Virus record (IMG/VR): IMGVR_UViG_3300025597_000005
Reading direction: 5' to 3' (one strand)
Source: a virus
Taxonomy: Duplodnaviria > Caudoviricetes
Length of the DNA stretch: 64,000 bases
In this document: piece after piece, positions 35,063 to 48,700 of the stretch
Numbering within the stretch: the first letter of the stretch is position 1
Layout: every line of letters starts with the position of its first letter
Translations under genes and position numbers: made by a program
The notes under the pieces: model-generated
The model's database searches: none
Seen by the model: only the letters and a program-made list of their open reading frames with translations
Told to the model about the DNA's origin: nothing

Positions 35063-35415
35063 CATTTACAATGTCCGCCTATCTCAAACGGATCTAAAAA
35101 ATTACCGCAAATAAATTTCGCTAATTTTTTCCTCCATCCGTCTTCTTCCTTCAGATGGCGCGATACACGAGATGTAACAGTGCCTTCTTTCGGTAGTTCA
35201 AGAAATAATACCGTTGCTACGGTAATATTTACAACGAAGTCGACTAATAATCCCACGTAGAGAATGATATAGGCAAAGGGCAGGACTACCTTTGGCAAAG
35301 AACCATTATCCCTTGCTGTTTTTAATGCCATAACCGCAAGAAATAATAACCAAAGTGCTGCGGTTAGTCCAACACCCCATTGAACCAAAAGCCATGCAAG
35401 ATTGAATGAAATCAT
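35062..35415 (-). CDS. membrane protein downstream of tail-fibre genes
   Basis: Two or three TM segments, TVTSRVSR...WR...IC...LDPF..GHC; AAGGAG RBS. Confidence 0.75.
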   Translation of the reverse strand: MISFNLAWLLVQWGVGLTAALWLLFLAVMALKTARDNGSLPKVVLPFAYIILYVGLLVDFVVNITVATVLFLELPKEGTVTSRVSRHLKEEDGWRKKLAKFICGNFLDPFEIGGHCK

Positions 35416-35423
35416 AAATCTCC

Positions 35424-37547
35424 TTAGAAATACCAACCTAATGGGCCTGCAAGAACTGCATTATCGCTTGTTCTACGCAATCTCAAATTGAATCCTGCTA
35501 CACCCAATGCTGTATTTTGAAGTGTTACCTTGATAACGTTAGAGCCCGGTACAAGAATAAAGTTACCTGTGCTATATTGTCCAGTATATGCATTTCCTGC
35601 AGGGAAAGTACCAACCGAACCGGCCACACCATTTATAGTAATACTATTCATTTGGTTGTCGACTGCGCCATATAGATGTGCAGTTACATTACTGCCTGTT
35701 GTATTAGCATAGATAAACGAAAATGTAACTGTAGCTGCTGGGACACCAACTTGGCCAGAATTTGCAACACTCCAGTACCAACGATCGTCAAGTTTCATGG
35801 TCCAACCAGCATTCATATATGTTTCTTTTGCAAGAGTAACAGATGTCATTAGTGCAGAATTATTTGTTCCGCCACCAGTCCATGTACTCCAGTTATCAAT
35901 ATTTCCGACTACTGAACCATATTTCAACCAACTAATATTGGCACCACCGAGGATAGATAATCCACCATTGCCACCGGAACCTGATGTACCTACCTGTGTT
36001 CCCGAAAATGCATTAGTTCCGCTATATCCGGCCTGTCCGAATCCGCCACCGATGCCTCCCCAGCCTGCAAGGCCCAATCCGTTTACATCGAAAGATCCGT
36101 TATATCCCCTAAATCCAGGCGCAGCACCTGTACCGGAACTACCTGCTCTTCCGTTGGTGTTATTGTTGAAAAGTCCGCCCGAAATATTTGCAGTTCCAAC
36201 AGATCCCGGATTTCCGAATCCGCCGGCGCCGCCACCTCCTGGGCCACCGCCATCTCCATATGCAGTAATGTTCCCAAGTCCATCGTCGAACCAGTCATAC
36301 GCGGCGGCACCACCCCCGCCACCACCACCACCACCGCCAATAAGGCCATTGTTGGTTATAGTAATAGCATAGGAAAGAGACATTGCCGGGCCACCGGCAA
36401 ATCCGTTTCCTCCATTAGATGATGTTGGCGACAAATAATTTCCGCTAACGCTTCCGCCTACCCCGCCATTGCCTCCCTTACCGACAATGTTTCCGTTATT
36501 GATTAGTTCTATATAGGAACCCGATGGTAGGCTACCGAGTGTAAATGCGTAGCCACCAGTGGTATTGGTCAACACTACGCCGGTCTGTACAGTAATCTTC
36601 ATTCTGAGTGGGGAAACACCATTCCAACCCAGAGACGATGCTCTTGATGAAACAACATAGCCTGTTGCAGATAGACTGTTTGCCAATGTTTGGTCAATTT
36701 GATCTTCAATGCCTACAAGTGTAACTCCAAGAAAACTTCCCATCTCAATAGGGCCAGATGTAGGAATAGGAGCTGTCTGATAGATACTTGTTGGAGGAGG
36801 ATTAGGTACTAGGGCACCACCTGCATAGTAATCACCCAGCGCATCACCACCGGAACCACCGGAGCCTGTAATTGTGTAAGAAATCATTACAGCACCAGAT
36901 GTGCCGGGTGTTGGGCATCTTACATCAAAAACAAATCCGACACTATCACCACCGATACCAAAGCCTGTATCATTTGAGGCACCATCAGTATAATAATAAC
37001 TATTTCTTGCCTTCCATGGAAGTGGAGGGTTAGATACAACAGTAGGAGTCCCTGTGTTACCAGAACCATTTAGGTGATTTGCATCACTTGGTGGGTCATT
37101 ATCTCCTACGGCACCGTTACCGCCGTAACCACCGTTTGCCAATGCAAGACTAATTCCTGGCGAAGCAGCACGGTAAACTCTAGATACACCGCCTTGTCCG
37201 CCATTTACTGTTCCGTTACCTACACAGGTACCAACACCGATAGTCGATGCGGCAGTCCCGCCGGCACCGACCTGTATTTGCAGAATTTCACCCGGAATTA
37301 CTGAGACAGATGTTTGTAAATCAACACCACCTGCACCACCTCCACCACCAGTGTGCGAATCGCCCGATAATTGAGTTCCACCGCCGCCACCGCCTCCACC
37401 GATTGCAGAAATGTTGACACTTGTCACGCCTGCTGGCACAGTGAAGGTCGATGTGGATGTAAAGACATAAGTTATTCTAGATGAGGCACCGACTGTTGCC
37501 TCATTTTTCATGTCTAAGATACTAATGTTTGAGGTAGGTAATGTCAT
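35424..37547 (-). CDS. glycine-rich tail fibre adhesin with gp38-like polyglycine domain
   Basis: IELINNGNIVGKGGNGG...ITNNGLIGGGGGGGGG and multiple Gly-rich loops. Confidence 0.75.
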   Translation of the reverse strand: MTLPTSNISILDMKNEATVGASSRITYVFTSTSTFTVPAGVTSVNISAIGGGGGGGGTQLSGDSHTGGGGGAGGVDLQTSVSVIPGEILQIQVGAGGTAASTIGVGTCVGNGTVNGGQGGVSRVYRAASPGISLALANGGYGGNGAVGDNDPPSDANHLNGSGNTGTPTVVSNPPLPWKARNSYYYTDGASNDTGFGIGGDSVGFVFDVRCPTPGTSGAVMISYTITGSGGSGGDALGDYYAGGALVPNPPPTSIYQTAPIPTSGPIEMGSFLGVTLVGIEDQIDQTLANSLSATGYVVSSRASSLGWNGVSPLRMKITVQTGVVLTNTTGGYAFTLGSLPSGSYIELINNGNIVGKGGNGGVGGSVSGNYLSPTSSNGGNGFAGGPAMSLSYAITITNNGLIGGGGGGGGGGAAAYDWFDDGLGNITAYGDGGGPGGGGAGGFGNPGSVGTANISGGLFNNNTNGRAGSSGTGAAPGFRGYNGSFDVNGLGLAGWGGIGGGFGQAGYSGTNAFSGTQVGTSGSGGNGGLSILGGANISWLKYGSVVGNIDNWSTWTGGGTNNSALMTSVTLAKETYMNAGWTMKLDDRWYWSVANSGQVGVPAATVTFSFIYANTTGSNVTAHLYGAVDNQMNSITINGVAGSVGTFPAGNAYTGQYSTGNFILVPGSNVIKVTLQNTALGVAGFNLRLRRTSDNAVLAGPLGWYF

Positions 37548-38822
37548 TTATTTTAGTAATCCTGCAACCTGTGCTTTCAATGTTTCGATTTCTTGTTGTT
37601 GCTCTTTGAGTGCAGCTACAAGCAATGAAACAATTCTTTCATAGCGAATTGTTTTATATTCACTATTGAAAGGTGCTGGGGCAACCACATCTGGCATAAT
37701 TGTTTCAACTTCTTGTGCAAGAAGACCGTGTTCAACAAAACTCGAAGGAATAAAACCAAGTTCATCACATTTTGCCGAATCCCATTGATAAGTGTAACCA
37801 TTTATCGACATTACCTTGTCGATAGCATTGTCAATAACTTTGACGTTAGTTTTCAATCTTGCATCAGATGCGTATGCTGTTACGTTTCCTGTTGCAGTAA
37901 TTGCTCCGGTAAATGCATGTGATGCTGCAACATAAGGAATGGTACCGGCATCTAGGGCTGCGGTTGTTGTCGATGCACCGATGTATCCCTGGCGTGTACC
38001 GGCAGCACTAAAGAACGAAACTAAACCAGAAGCAGAACCTGTTCCGACATTTAGTTGTGCTGTTCCTGTTGTTCCGGAGTTACCAGAAATAACAGAACCT
38101 GCTGTGCAAGTAATTGGGCCTGTTGAACATGTAACACTTGTTGGTGTGATTGCACCAAGTCCGATTGCAAGAGTTCCCGATGATGTGATAGGCGAGCCAG
38201 AAACAGTAACACCTTGCGAACCCGATGCGGCAACCGAAGTTACGGATCCCGAACTCGAAACTGCAACGCTCGAAATGCTTGTTACTCGACCCTTAGAATC
38301 AACCGTGACAACAGGAATAAGAGACGAGCTACCATATGTTCCTGCTGTAGCACCGGTGTTCGAGAGTGTCAATGCACCCGATACGTTTGCAGAACCATTG
38401 AAGCTTACGCTCCATGTTGCATCACCTGTTGCTGATATTGTTCTTGCATTTAGCAATTGTGATGCAGTTACAGCATTTCCAGAAGTGCTTGTAAGTAGCT
38501 GTGACCAGTTTAGAATACCACCGGAATTGTTATTTGTCATTCTGACATACAGATTTCCTGTTGTATTAGAGGTTTTCTCAAACCACAACTGACCTTGCAA
38601 AGAAGTGGTATCGCTAGGAACAACATTACTTGCAAAATTTTCAGTCATTTGCAAGAAGTTCTGGGCAATCGGAGCACCGTAATTGATTGCATTTCTGCCT
38701 ACTAGCTGAGTTCCGAGACCGTTACCAGTTGAACCGCCAGTTGGGTTATAAAATGCTACATCAATTGAATTATCCGGTACTGTTACAGCCGTTCCGTCTG
38801 ATTTGTAAATGGTATATGGCAT
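37548..38822 (-). CDS. tail fibre protein with C-terminal intramolecular chaperone (peptidase S74)
   Basis: SDARLKTNV...GLLAQEVE...YERIVSLLVAALKEQQQEIETLK. Confidence 0.85.
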   Translation of the reverse strand: MPYTIYKSDGTAVTVPDNSIDVAFYNPTGGSTGNGLGTQLVGRNAINYGAPIAQNFLQMTENFASNVVPSDTTSLQGQLWFEKTSNTTGNLYVRMTNNNSGGILNWSQLLTSTSGNAVTASQLLNARTISATGDATWSVSFNGSANVSGALTLSNTGATAGTYGSSSLIPVVTVDSKGRVTSISSVAVSSSGSVTSVAASGSQGVTVSGSPITSSGTLAIGLGAITPTSVTCSTGPITCTAGSVISGNSGTTGTAQLNVGTGSASGLVSFFSAAGTRQGYIGASTTTAALDAGTIPYVAASHAFTGAITATGNVTAYASDARLKTNVKVIDNAIDKVMSINGYTYQWDSAKCDELGFIPSSFVEHGLLAQEVETIMPDVVAPAPFNSEYKTIRYERIVSLLVAALKEQQQEIETLKAQVAGLLK

Positions 38823-38850
38823 TATAAAATTCCTTAGTTTCTGTTATTTA

Positions 38851-39612
38851 TCAGGCTGCACCCATCTGAACTCTTAGAGTATAGATGATCTCAAGTGACC
38901 TATTTGCGGATTTCTGAACCGGGTGAAAAATAACATGAGTAAGCATAAGCTTAGATTTGGCACCAGGTGTATTAGAAAAATTTACACCTTGTGTAACAAA
39001 ATTTTCAACATCTGTTGTGGTTGATGTAAAACCACCGGTAAACAAATTATTTGAACCTGCAAATAATCCAATTTCATTGAATACCAAAGTATTAGGATCA
39101 AATGCACCGGTAGTGGATGATGCTGTTCCTACAAAACTCGAATTATCAAGTGGTAGTTGCTGAATTGTTGTAGAAGAAGTAATTCCTGTTGGGGGTTCGC
39201 TATAATTCAACGTTACATCGACTATGATGTCTTCGTAGTTTGTAGCAAAGTTTTCATTTGGGATATAAGCCTTTGACAACTGATCATAGCTAGGATTGTC
39301 TGTTGCATCGTTAGACAATTTCTTCACATAAATTGTATTGTAAAGATTGGCGGTAGGATTCTTTATAAGACTTCCGGCACCACCAAGTGATGGTTTATAA
39401 GAAATAGTACCGGTAGGTCCTACATAAGCACCACCATTACCGAATGCCATATAATAAAGAAAACTATTTGAATTGCCTATTAGCGCATGGGCTAAAGCGG
39501 CTGACATATTTCCGTAAAGGACGTCGTTATGAGTATCGACTAGGATTTCACGAGTGTCACTGTCGAGTATCTTCACGAATCCCTGTACCGAACATGGAAT
39601 TTTATCGAACAT
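38851..39612 (-). CDS. virion structural/baseplate protein
   Basis: FNEIGLF...MLTHVIFHPVQKSANRSLEIIYTLR; position in baseplate module. Confidence 0.75.
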   Translation of the reverse strand: MFDKIPCSVQGFVKILDSDTREILVDTHNDVLYGNMSAALAHALIGNSNSFLYYMAFGNGGAYVGPTGTISYKPSLGGAGSLIKNPTANLYNTIYVKKLSNDATDNPSYDQLSKAYIPNENFATNYEDIIVDVTLNYSEPPTGITSSTTIQQLPLDNSSFVGTASSTTGAFDPNTLVFNEIGLFAGSNNLFTGGFTSTTTDVENFVTQGVNFSNTPGAKSKLMLTHVIFHPVQKSANRSLEIIYTLRVQMGAA

Positions 39613-39613
39613 C

Positions 39614-39763
39614 TTAGCCCCTTTTATTCACAAGAACTTTGCCTGTGTCTTTATCTTTTATAAGGACATGACATTGCACATCCATTTTTGCAACATCAAC
39701 AAAACCCGAATCTTTCTTAGGTTCTGTTGAGGTTTGATTGTCTTTGTTTTCTTTATTTATCAT
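39614..39763 (-). CDS. 49-aa small virion-module protein (not in ORF track)
   Basis: ...HVLIKDKDTGKVLVNKRG resembles the N-terminus of the next gene (FVKILDSDTREILVD). Confidence 0.65.
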   Translation of the reverse strand: MINKENKDNQTSTEPKKDSGFVDVAKMDVQCHVLIKDKDTGKVLVNKRG

Positions 39764-39786
39764 GATAATTATGTACCTATTTTATA

Positions 39787-42700
39787 TTAGGGAATGCTCT
39801 TACCTTGTTGTTCTTTTATGAAATTAGCCTGCGCAGTTTCGGCATACCAAAGTCCACCAATGGCCACATTTTCGACACTAGTGTATTCATTTGAGGCAGG
39901 CGGTGTTTCTGTTGTCGGATCAGCCGATGTAGGAGGAAATACATTCCATACTGTATCAATTGCTACAGGTGGCAATACATTATCCTTTTCGATCCATACA
40001 GGATTTGGAACAAGAATCAACGGATCAGCAAGACTTGGAATCATTGCAGGATGATTTGTAGGTGCTGTTCCCATCGTTCCTCTTCTTACTAGTGTAAGAT
40101 CCCATATATTTGCTGCATACGGTGTTTTCTGACGATATTCAATTCTTTCGCCACCGATCCAGATGACTCCAGGGATTGAACCCGGGCCCGGCTCAGGGAG
40201 TATATCAGTAGTGATAGGATGAGCTTCGGGACGGATAAGGACTCTAATAACATCGAGATTTTCTGTTGCCTGAGTAGGCGCAGGTAAATCTACAACCAAT
40301 TCTCCGCTAAAGAATTCTGCATTTCTATAGAATTCCGAACCTTCGTCGTTTGTATTTTGCTTGAAGCTGATTGTATTAGGCAACAGTTCTGCGTTCAAAG
40401 GTGCGTCCCAGCTGATCTCTGGAGAACCACCATTATCTATAAGAGCCTGTGCTACAGGGTCCGGTACCGCTTCCCAAATTTCTCCCCAACCCACATATGG
40501 TTCGAGATTGCCGTCGTTATTGTTGACTGGCAACTTAGTATCGACATTGATGACTAGATCATCGAATGCATAACCTAGTGCTATTTCATTCCTGTAGGTA
40601 TTGAAATCTACATTCATGATATTACCGCCGTCCCACCATACAAATGCAACCGGAGTTGGCGACGAGCCCGGATCTTGGTAGAAATAGACAGTGTAGGTGG
40701 TATCGTTGTTATATTCGACGTAGTAATCTTGTCCATAATAAAGAACATTAGATCCTACCTGAATTGCAACAATATTCGCAGGTGTAATAAACGACTGTGG
40801 ATTATCAAGATTTAGGCTGTTGAAGTCAAATGTATAAGGATACAATTGAGAATATCCAATCTTGCTTACGTCAAAGAAAGTCAATGGCACGGTATAGGTA
40901 TCCGGCCATGGATTTCCTACACCTGGACTATAGGCAGGCAATACAGGATTTCTTGAAATAAATTGGTCTATTACATCGGCAATATTGTATGTGTCCCAAT
41001 TGAAGGTATCCCACGGTGATGTGAATTGACCTTGATTCAAATCCCAGCCAGCCATCGCATCAAGGAGATTTTCTTCATAATCCGGGCCGGTAAAGGTTTG
41101 AGGGCCAAAGGTTAGTGTAAATTTACCAAGGTAAGAATCAGATGCTGTACCTATAGCGATATCCGATGTCAGGTATGTACTTGTATAATCACGGATCTGA
41201 GTATGATATGGTTTTGCATCCATAATGTACTCGATGATATTGTCGATTTGATCTGGAATATACAACGGATCTTGTGTCAACGGAATATTATTTTCCTTGA
41301 CATAGATATATGAAGATTTGAATACCCAGTCAGGATCTTTCTGTTCACTCAAAACATAATTGAGCATTGAGAAATACAATTCATTCTGATCAACAATGTT
41401 GTCATTGATGAATACCTGAGTCCTAAAGGCATTCATAAGTTCTCGTATTTCTACAGATAATCCATATAGATTTTTTGTGGTATAGATTGTATCAAGCAAT
41501 TTGATTGCGCTGTTCTCAATTGCCACTTCCTTGAAACTTTGTGTAGGAATATTTGGGTTCAATTGTTCGACTGCATACATTACAAATCTATTATCCGGTG
41601 TTCCGTTGGTTACCTGTACTATTGTGCCGTTGGTTAGTTCTCCTGCGACAAGTGCTGCATTTGCTGCACTCAATGTTGCAAATACAACAGTAGGTGTAAC
41701 ATTTTCGTAACCCACTTCATACCATGTGGTATAGGTCCAATAGATGTCTGTCGAAACACCTGTATTCCAACTTGGGTTATCATCCCTAATAGGAATGTGC
41801 TTCAACAAGCTATTTCCGGCTTGAACAAAGATTTTTCTTGCCGCATAGATATCTACAAACATCCCCTGTCTTGGACGATATTGAATACCATACTTCTCGG
41901 CGCTGCTTAGGGCAGGATCTGGCACTGGTAAAATTTCACCGTAAATGGCCGAATTTGTATCAGTTGCATCGTCCCATGGTGCAATGTCCCAGCCATAGAT
42001 GTCCCACGGCAAATCGCTACCTACAAAGATACTGTTGCTCCATTCATTACTTGGTGGCAATACCTTTGTATATCCGCACAAGCTATCGACAAGTTTATTC
42101 CAATATTGATCGGTAACAATTGATGCAGGATCACCCTCTCTGAAAAATTTCCATTGAGTATGCTCTTGGTCGTCTCTGAGGCCAATGCGATATTTGATTT
42201 GAATGTTGTCGCCCTGATATGCAAGAATTTCTTGCACATTGTAGAACATGTATGAATTATTATTACTGGTTTGTTGTATTGGCGCAAAGAATGCAAATCC
42301 TTGTCCCTTAGGATTCTGCAACAGTCTTGCAACATCAAGCGCCGCCATTGTCCTATTTTCGATATTAGGTTTATCGGTAGGGGTCAGGACCCAGAAATAG
42401 TAATTCACTTCTTGTATGTTCGTGAATCTGTTAGAGGTTACAATTTGAACATATTCGGTTGTACTACGTGGTGTCCCGGTACCTGTATATTCAGCAGGTG
42501 GCACAGAACTCTTTGTCCACTCATAAATTTCTACAGCACTACCGGGGAATAGTTGACCCCAATGATCTCTTCTGTAAACAAGATTGTCTGTAGAAGTTTC
42601 GGAGCCATTTAGCGCCTGTGGTTGTTCGTAATATACATATCTGGTGTTTGATGTATCCCACCAGAGTTTACCTACCTGTGCTTCTCCAAAGGTAATATTT

Positions 42701-45700
42701 TCACTGAATAGTCTTGTATTACCAGACACATTATAACGTGCAGGATCCTGCATAGAAATATATGTGATATTCTGTTTTGCAAGTCCCGGTAGTATATCCT
42801 TGAATGGGTCATAGACAGGCAATCTTACAAGCTCGGTTCTTGTTCTAGCGTTGAATACTTCTGCACTCTGGAATAAGAAGGTATCAATCATCGGGCCCTG
42901 TACACGTAGTGGTTGGTGACCCGATGGGATAGAAATTGTAGGTGTAATTACATCAAAAACTTCCCATTTATTCGAAACATTATCGACCCAGATACGATCA
43001 CCTACGGTCACATACGAAGGTGTGCCAGGTGCAGGCTCAGTTTCGAATCTTAGCGTCTTGAACAAACAGAGATTTGTAAAATTTGGGTAGTTAGAAATAT
43101 CTGTTGCCGAAATTGGTGTTCCGTCTAATGTCAACAAATCATAATAATTATGTGTAGGATCTGTATTTGTATCATTTTGATTGAACTCAAATGCAACACA
43201 ATAATTTCCTTCTCCCAACACAGAGCCCGGTGGTGTGATTGTCACATTTGCAAATGTATATCCGGAACCCGGATTTGTGATGATGAGATCAGAAACTTGA
43301 CCGCCAGCAATAAGCGCAATTGCTGTTGCACCAATACCATCTCCTGTAATTGTTACTTCGGGGACAGAAGAATAATTTATACCTGTCTTTGTAATAGTCA
43401 AGGATGAGACACTTCCTGCCGAAACCGTTGCTGTAGCCTGTGCTTCATTGATGTACAATGTAATAAGATTTCCAAAATCTGTTGTATTTCCGCTTGTTGA
43501 AAATTCCGGAGTGATGAGATACGAAGGGTCTGTTCTTAGTTGTAGACCATTTGCACCCTCAATGACATCAAAGCCAGAAGAAGATGTGACGTCGAACATT
43601 TTGTAAACTGCCCAATCTTCTGTCCATGTTTTTGCAATCCAAACTGATTGATCCTTGATAGGATTTAGAGAAGTATTTCCCCAGGAAAGGACTGTTTGAT
43701 CAACATCGAACGAATACCAATCTACATCGTTGAAATTTATATATCCGGCGTTAGGCATCGGATAATCGATTAGATTTGTTGTAGGAAATTCTAGAGAAAA
43801 TTCTGGATCAGTTGGTCTAACAATCCATTTTTCTGTATCGTCAATATCAATTTCTACAATATTTTCGAGTGTAGGATCTCTTACAATAGAGCCCTGCCAT
43901 ACTGCATAGAATTTGTCAAGGTTATTAGGCTCAGCACCCGAGTCTAGCGTTACGCTTGGTGCCGATGTGTAACCATACCCCGGATCAGTTATATCAATTC
44001 TCGAAACACGGCCTAATGCATCCAGCACTGCATATGCTTTTGCTATTCTCGGTATATCTGTCAAATTTGGATCCAACGGATCAACATCTGGCATTGAAAT
44101 TACGACTTTAGGCACATTTTGATATGTGTTTTCAGAATTCAAGATATTGATCTGTTTTACAAATCCAATTGGCGATGGAACAAAATTCAATCTAGAAACA
44201 ATTACTTCACCGGCATTTTGTTCCGGACGCAAAATAAATTCAGTTGACACCTGTTCGACTGTATTACCGAAATCGCCTAATTTTAGTGCCCACTCTTCAA
44301 ATACCTGAATTGTTTCGTTGCTTTGTACCTTTGTAGATCTAAACAACTTATCAAGTGCCTGAATAGTTCCCTTCTGTCTTATTGCACCTTGGTAGAATAG
44401 GTATTGTACATCGTTTGATACCTGCAGGTTATCGAGATAGTTTTTGCTTTCGTAACCAATGAGGTGTCTACCGAGGTCTTCAAGACTTGGGTTATCAATT
44501 GTTACGTCCGGATCGTAGTAATAACGCATTTCGTCGACAATTGTATCGAAGTTTGGTACAAGCTGATTATCGATAATTAGATAACCAGGTGCTTCCATTT
44601 TTCCATACCAGCCATTGCTTCTAAATCCATAGAAACGCAAGCGTTGTTGCCTTGCACGCAACAATGGGCTATAAAGCACATCATTGAAACTTGTGACATT
44701 ATCAAAAATCAATACGTGTTCCGTCTCTGATGCATTTACCTGCAAGAAATAAATTCCACCGGCGGCCAAATTACTTGGTTCGACAGAAATGGCAGGGCCA
44801 TCTCTATCAGTCATGGTGTTGTTAGGTGCTATTGCAACGCCGTATTTGTCAAGAATACTGTAGACGCCATTTGAAATAGATTCGACATCATCGGGGTATC
44901 CTGCTTCAACAACAAGTGTGCATCTGTTGGCTGCCGGGCTCAACTGTATAGATGCATCCGGCGCCCAATTTGTGTTTAGCCAGAATAGGAATTGTTTTGC
45001 AGAATATAGCCAATCGCTAATTTGATTTGTATCGGTATTTACATCCTCAAATTTCCAACCTTGTGTTTCGAGGTATGCACCCCAACCAATAAGAAGGTCA
45101 AACACTTCTTGAGGCGACTTGAGAATTGTTCCGTAAGGCACTTTTGTATAGGATTCTAGAGAAACTGGTCTGTAGTTTACAGAAATACCACCGATTATTG
45201 GTAATGCCTTTAGCTTCTGCCAAGCAGCAGGATCAAATTTTTGAGGAGTCTGTGTACCCTGACTTAGATAATAAACGCCGTTGTATCGAACAATATCGCC
45301 GGGGTTATAGGTCTGTCCAGGTGTAAAATATTGAAACTCAGCAGGTGTTCCGCCGATTGTAACGTCAATATTCTTTTCGTTAGATCTGTCTAGTACAATA
45401 AATTCAGAATTCAGTAAATCGTATCCATAGACAGCAAAAGTTCCGTCAACTAGCGCCCTAATTACTACGCCGCTGTATGCGTATGTCTTGACAGGCTGTC
45501 CCTTATATAGTTTCACATCAAAATTGTTTGTAGGAACAATAAGATTTGACGTGCTGGCACCCGGTGTTACCGATTCAATATAGATGTTGGTTGTGTCTTT
45601 ATTTGTAAAGCCTGCTAATTTATTTGCTAGATTTACTTCTAAGGTCCTTACCTTCTGGCCGAATGTAGTACCAACGTCTTTCCCTAAGAATAAAATTCTA

Positions 45701-48700
45701 TCACTGATCCAGCGTTGATATCCAAATTTTACTTGAATTTCTCCATCAATAGATTCGGCATGAACTACCTGATCGGCATTCTTTGGACGCATCCATGCAA
45801 AGAATGGATCTGAATTTGTATAATTGTCATTTTGAACATATTGCCAGTTTGTATTTGATTGTACAGGGCTATCCACGCCGGGCACTGTTAGCATACCAGG
45901 CGAGAGCTCAGTACCGATTGTATCCCAGAGATATTCACCAAATGGGCCCGGTCTCATTAGATATAAGAATTCTTGCACACTAAATGGATATGCAGAAGAC
46001 GACATCCAAACTTGTTCAACTGGCCCACCGTCACCGTAAACCCAGTCTTTATCAAATCCATCAAACGGTGCATACGGATTACCCGATGTGGCAACACCAA
46101 ATAGTGTTGTAACAGGAATAATCTGTCCAAGAGCATCGACAGGAATAATTGCCGACAATCCAGGGCGAGCCCACATTTCCTGAGGTTGTGGTTGCAAGGT
46201 AATTGGATCAAAAATTGCCGATGGTCCTTGACGGATAATACCTGCCTCAAGGTCTGCCCATAGTGCAGCATTTGTTGATGACCAATTTGTGCCGTACTGA
46301 GAAACCCACCAAGATGGTTCTTGGCTAAATCCAAGCATTTCCCACGGACGAGTATCGGGAGAATAGGTATCGTAGTAATATTGGAAAATGCCTTTCCAGT
46401 TACCGGGAAGATTTAGTTTATTTCCGTTTACGTCTTCTGCATCTGTATAGTTGTAGAGTTTCCACAACTCCGATAACGGCGTTGTAGGTGCAAATTTAGC
46501 AAATTCATTTACTCTGTAATTTGCTTTATTTTTTGCAGACCATTTGTTAATATAAGATTCAGTAATATCAAGAAATTCTTCAATTGAATATCTTGTCTGT
46601 CTAAAATAGCCCGATTTTACAGATTCAAGGCGTAGAGGTAATGCATATTGATTGCGGAATCTATATTGCAAAAGATTATAAATTCTTTTCTCGAGTTCTA
46701 GGATAAGTTGATCTCTATAGTCTCCATATGCAATGGTTTTCGAGCCATCGTGTCCGATGATAACATTTGTCGGAATAGCGTATGATTCATCGAGTTCAAT
46801 TCTTGGAATATATGCACCATACGCACCTACTTTTGTAGGTGTTGAAGGAATGTATGCAGGTAGTGGATTCTTATAGAATGCAACAAATATGGTATCACCA
46901 ACGTTTACATTTGTACCAATATTAAATTGAATATCAATACTTAAATTAGTTGATACAATTTCGTAGTCAACACCAATTAGTAGCAATCTTTCTTGCCCAG
47001 TCTGGTCATAGATATATAGTGCATTCTTTGGATCGGCAAGATCTACATAGTTTGTTAATGTCACCAATCCCGACAACGGCACAGTCAGGGTTTCGTTTGC
47101 AAATGATGAGCCATTTGCAATCATGTAGGAATACGCAAAGGCGTTTGAAAATTCCTTTGATACATTTACAATCTTTAGAATTTCTTCAACCCACGCACTA
47201 ACTACAATTGTGTTATTTTGATACTGTACAGGATTGAATCCCTGATTGATTAACTGAAGTGCAGTCCTTGCATATTTGTTCTTGAATTTTGTATATTCAT
47301 CTTGGCTGAATCTTACACCTGCAATGAAGTCTAAATCATCTGAGGATGAAATTAGCATTGTCTTTAGTAAAGGTGCAGTATTCTGTAGAATAAAGGCTCC
47401 CAGAGATCTGTTCTTTCTTGAATCCCTGTAATTGTTGCCACCGCCAAATGGGGAACCTGTAAATCCAATTTGATTTGAAATGATAGAAGAGAATTGCTCA
47501 ATTAGGTTACTTGCACTGATTTCACCAATTTCTTCATTAGAAGGATTTGCCTCTAGTTGCTGAGGGATTTCGTAGTAACCGGTGGCCGCTGGATCAAGCA
47601 ATCCTTGAGTATATGTTGCAATTTCAACCACAGGTGGCTGAGATTGTGTCGTCAATAAAAGATTTGATAGATATGCTGAAAGGTCAACATAGATACTGTT
47701 GTTGATAACCACAAATGTATATCCGTTAACTTGTTCAGCAGCACTCTTAATTTCTGTACTGTTTACAGATACAATGAGATCTGGACTTGCTGGATATCCA
47801 TATGGTTCGACACTTAGCTTAAATTGATACGATGCACCATAACCTACAACATACCTATCAATAACTCTCTGCTTACTTGTTTCAAGGCAGTTGCATGGTG
47901 GAGGTGGAACAATGTCATCGCAAGGGCATGGTGAATACAAATTCCAGCTATTGTAGTAGACAATACCTTCATAATTAGTATAGTAATAGTATCCGTCAAT
48001 AGGCAATAAATTATTTCCGTAAACGTATCTATCTGTGATAAGGTTGTTCTGGAATACAATATCAGAGGCCTGACCTAAAGATGTATAGACAAGTGGAAAT
48101 TTTAGAACAGGGTCGACTGTTGCGCCCGGTTCATCATTAACCTTATAAGAGAATATCTTATTTCCACGGAAATTGCTATTAGGGTATTTTATAGGATCAT
48201 CTAATGGAATTTCGCTATGGTCATAAAGCTGAAACAATGGTGGTTGATTTGTTGAAACCTTATCGTTATATGCCTGCTGCCATACAGCGTTATCATAATA
48301 CCATGTCTGTCCTCTTTGTGTGCCGTCAAACCCTGCATCAAATTGAACAAAAACAATGTCACCATCTACAACAGGTGTAGCAAAAGAAGTGTATGGTGAG
48401 AATGTAACAATGCCTGCAGAAATGCTTACCAAATAAACATATTGATTTACAAGGTATGGTGGGTTTCCGCTAAGAGTTTCATCATTCATGAACACAACAA
48501 GATCACCATCTTGTATGCTGATGTCTAACCCGGCATCAACAAAGTTAACGGTTTGCCCCTGGTATGTTGATAGTAGAATAGGATTTCCAAAAACATCATC
48601 ACGAATACCGTAAGAGATGTTAGACAGAAATTGCGTACCTGATTTATATAATTCTAGATCAGCAGTAAACTGAATAATAGGTCTTAGGGCTCTTGATGCG

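Noticed and set aside
35424-38822. Diversity-generating retroelement acting on the fibre genes
   Set aside because: No reverse transcriptase and no template/variable repeat pair was seen.
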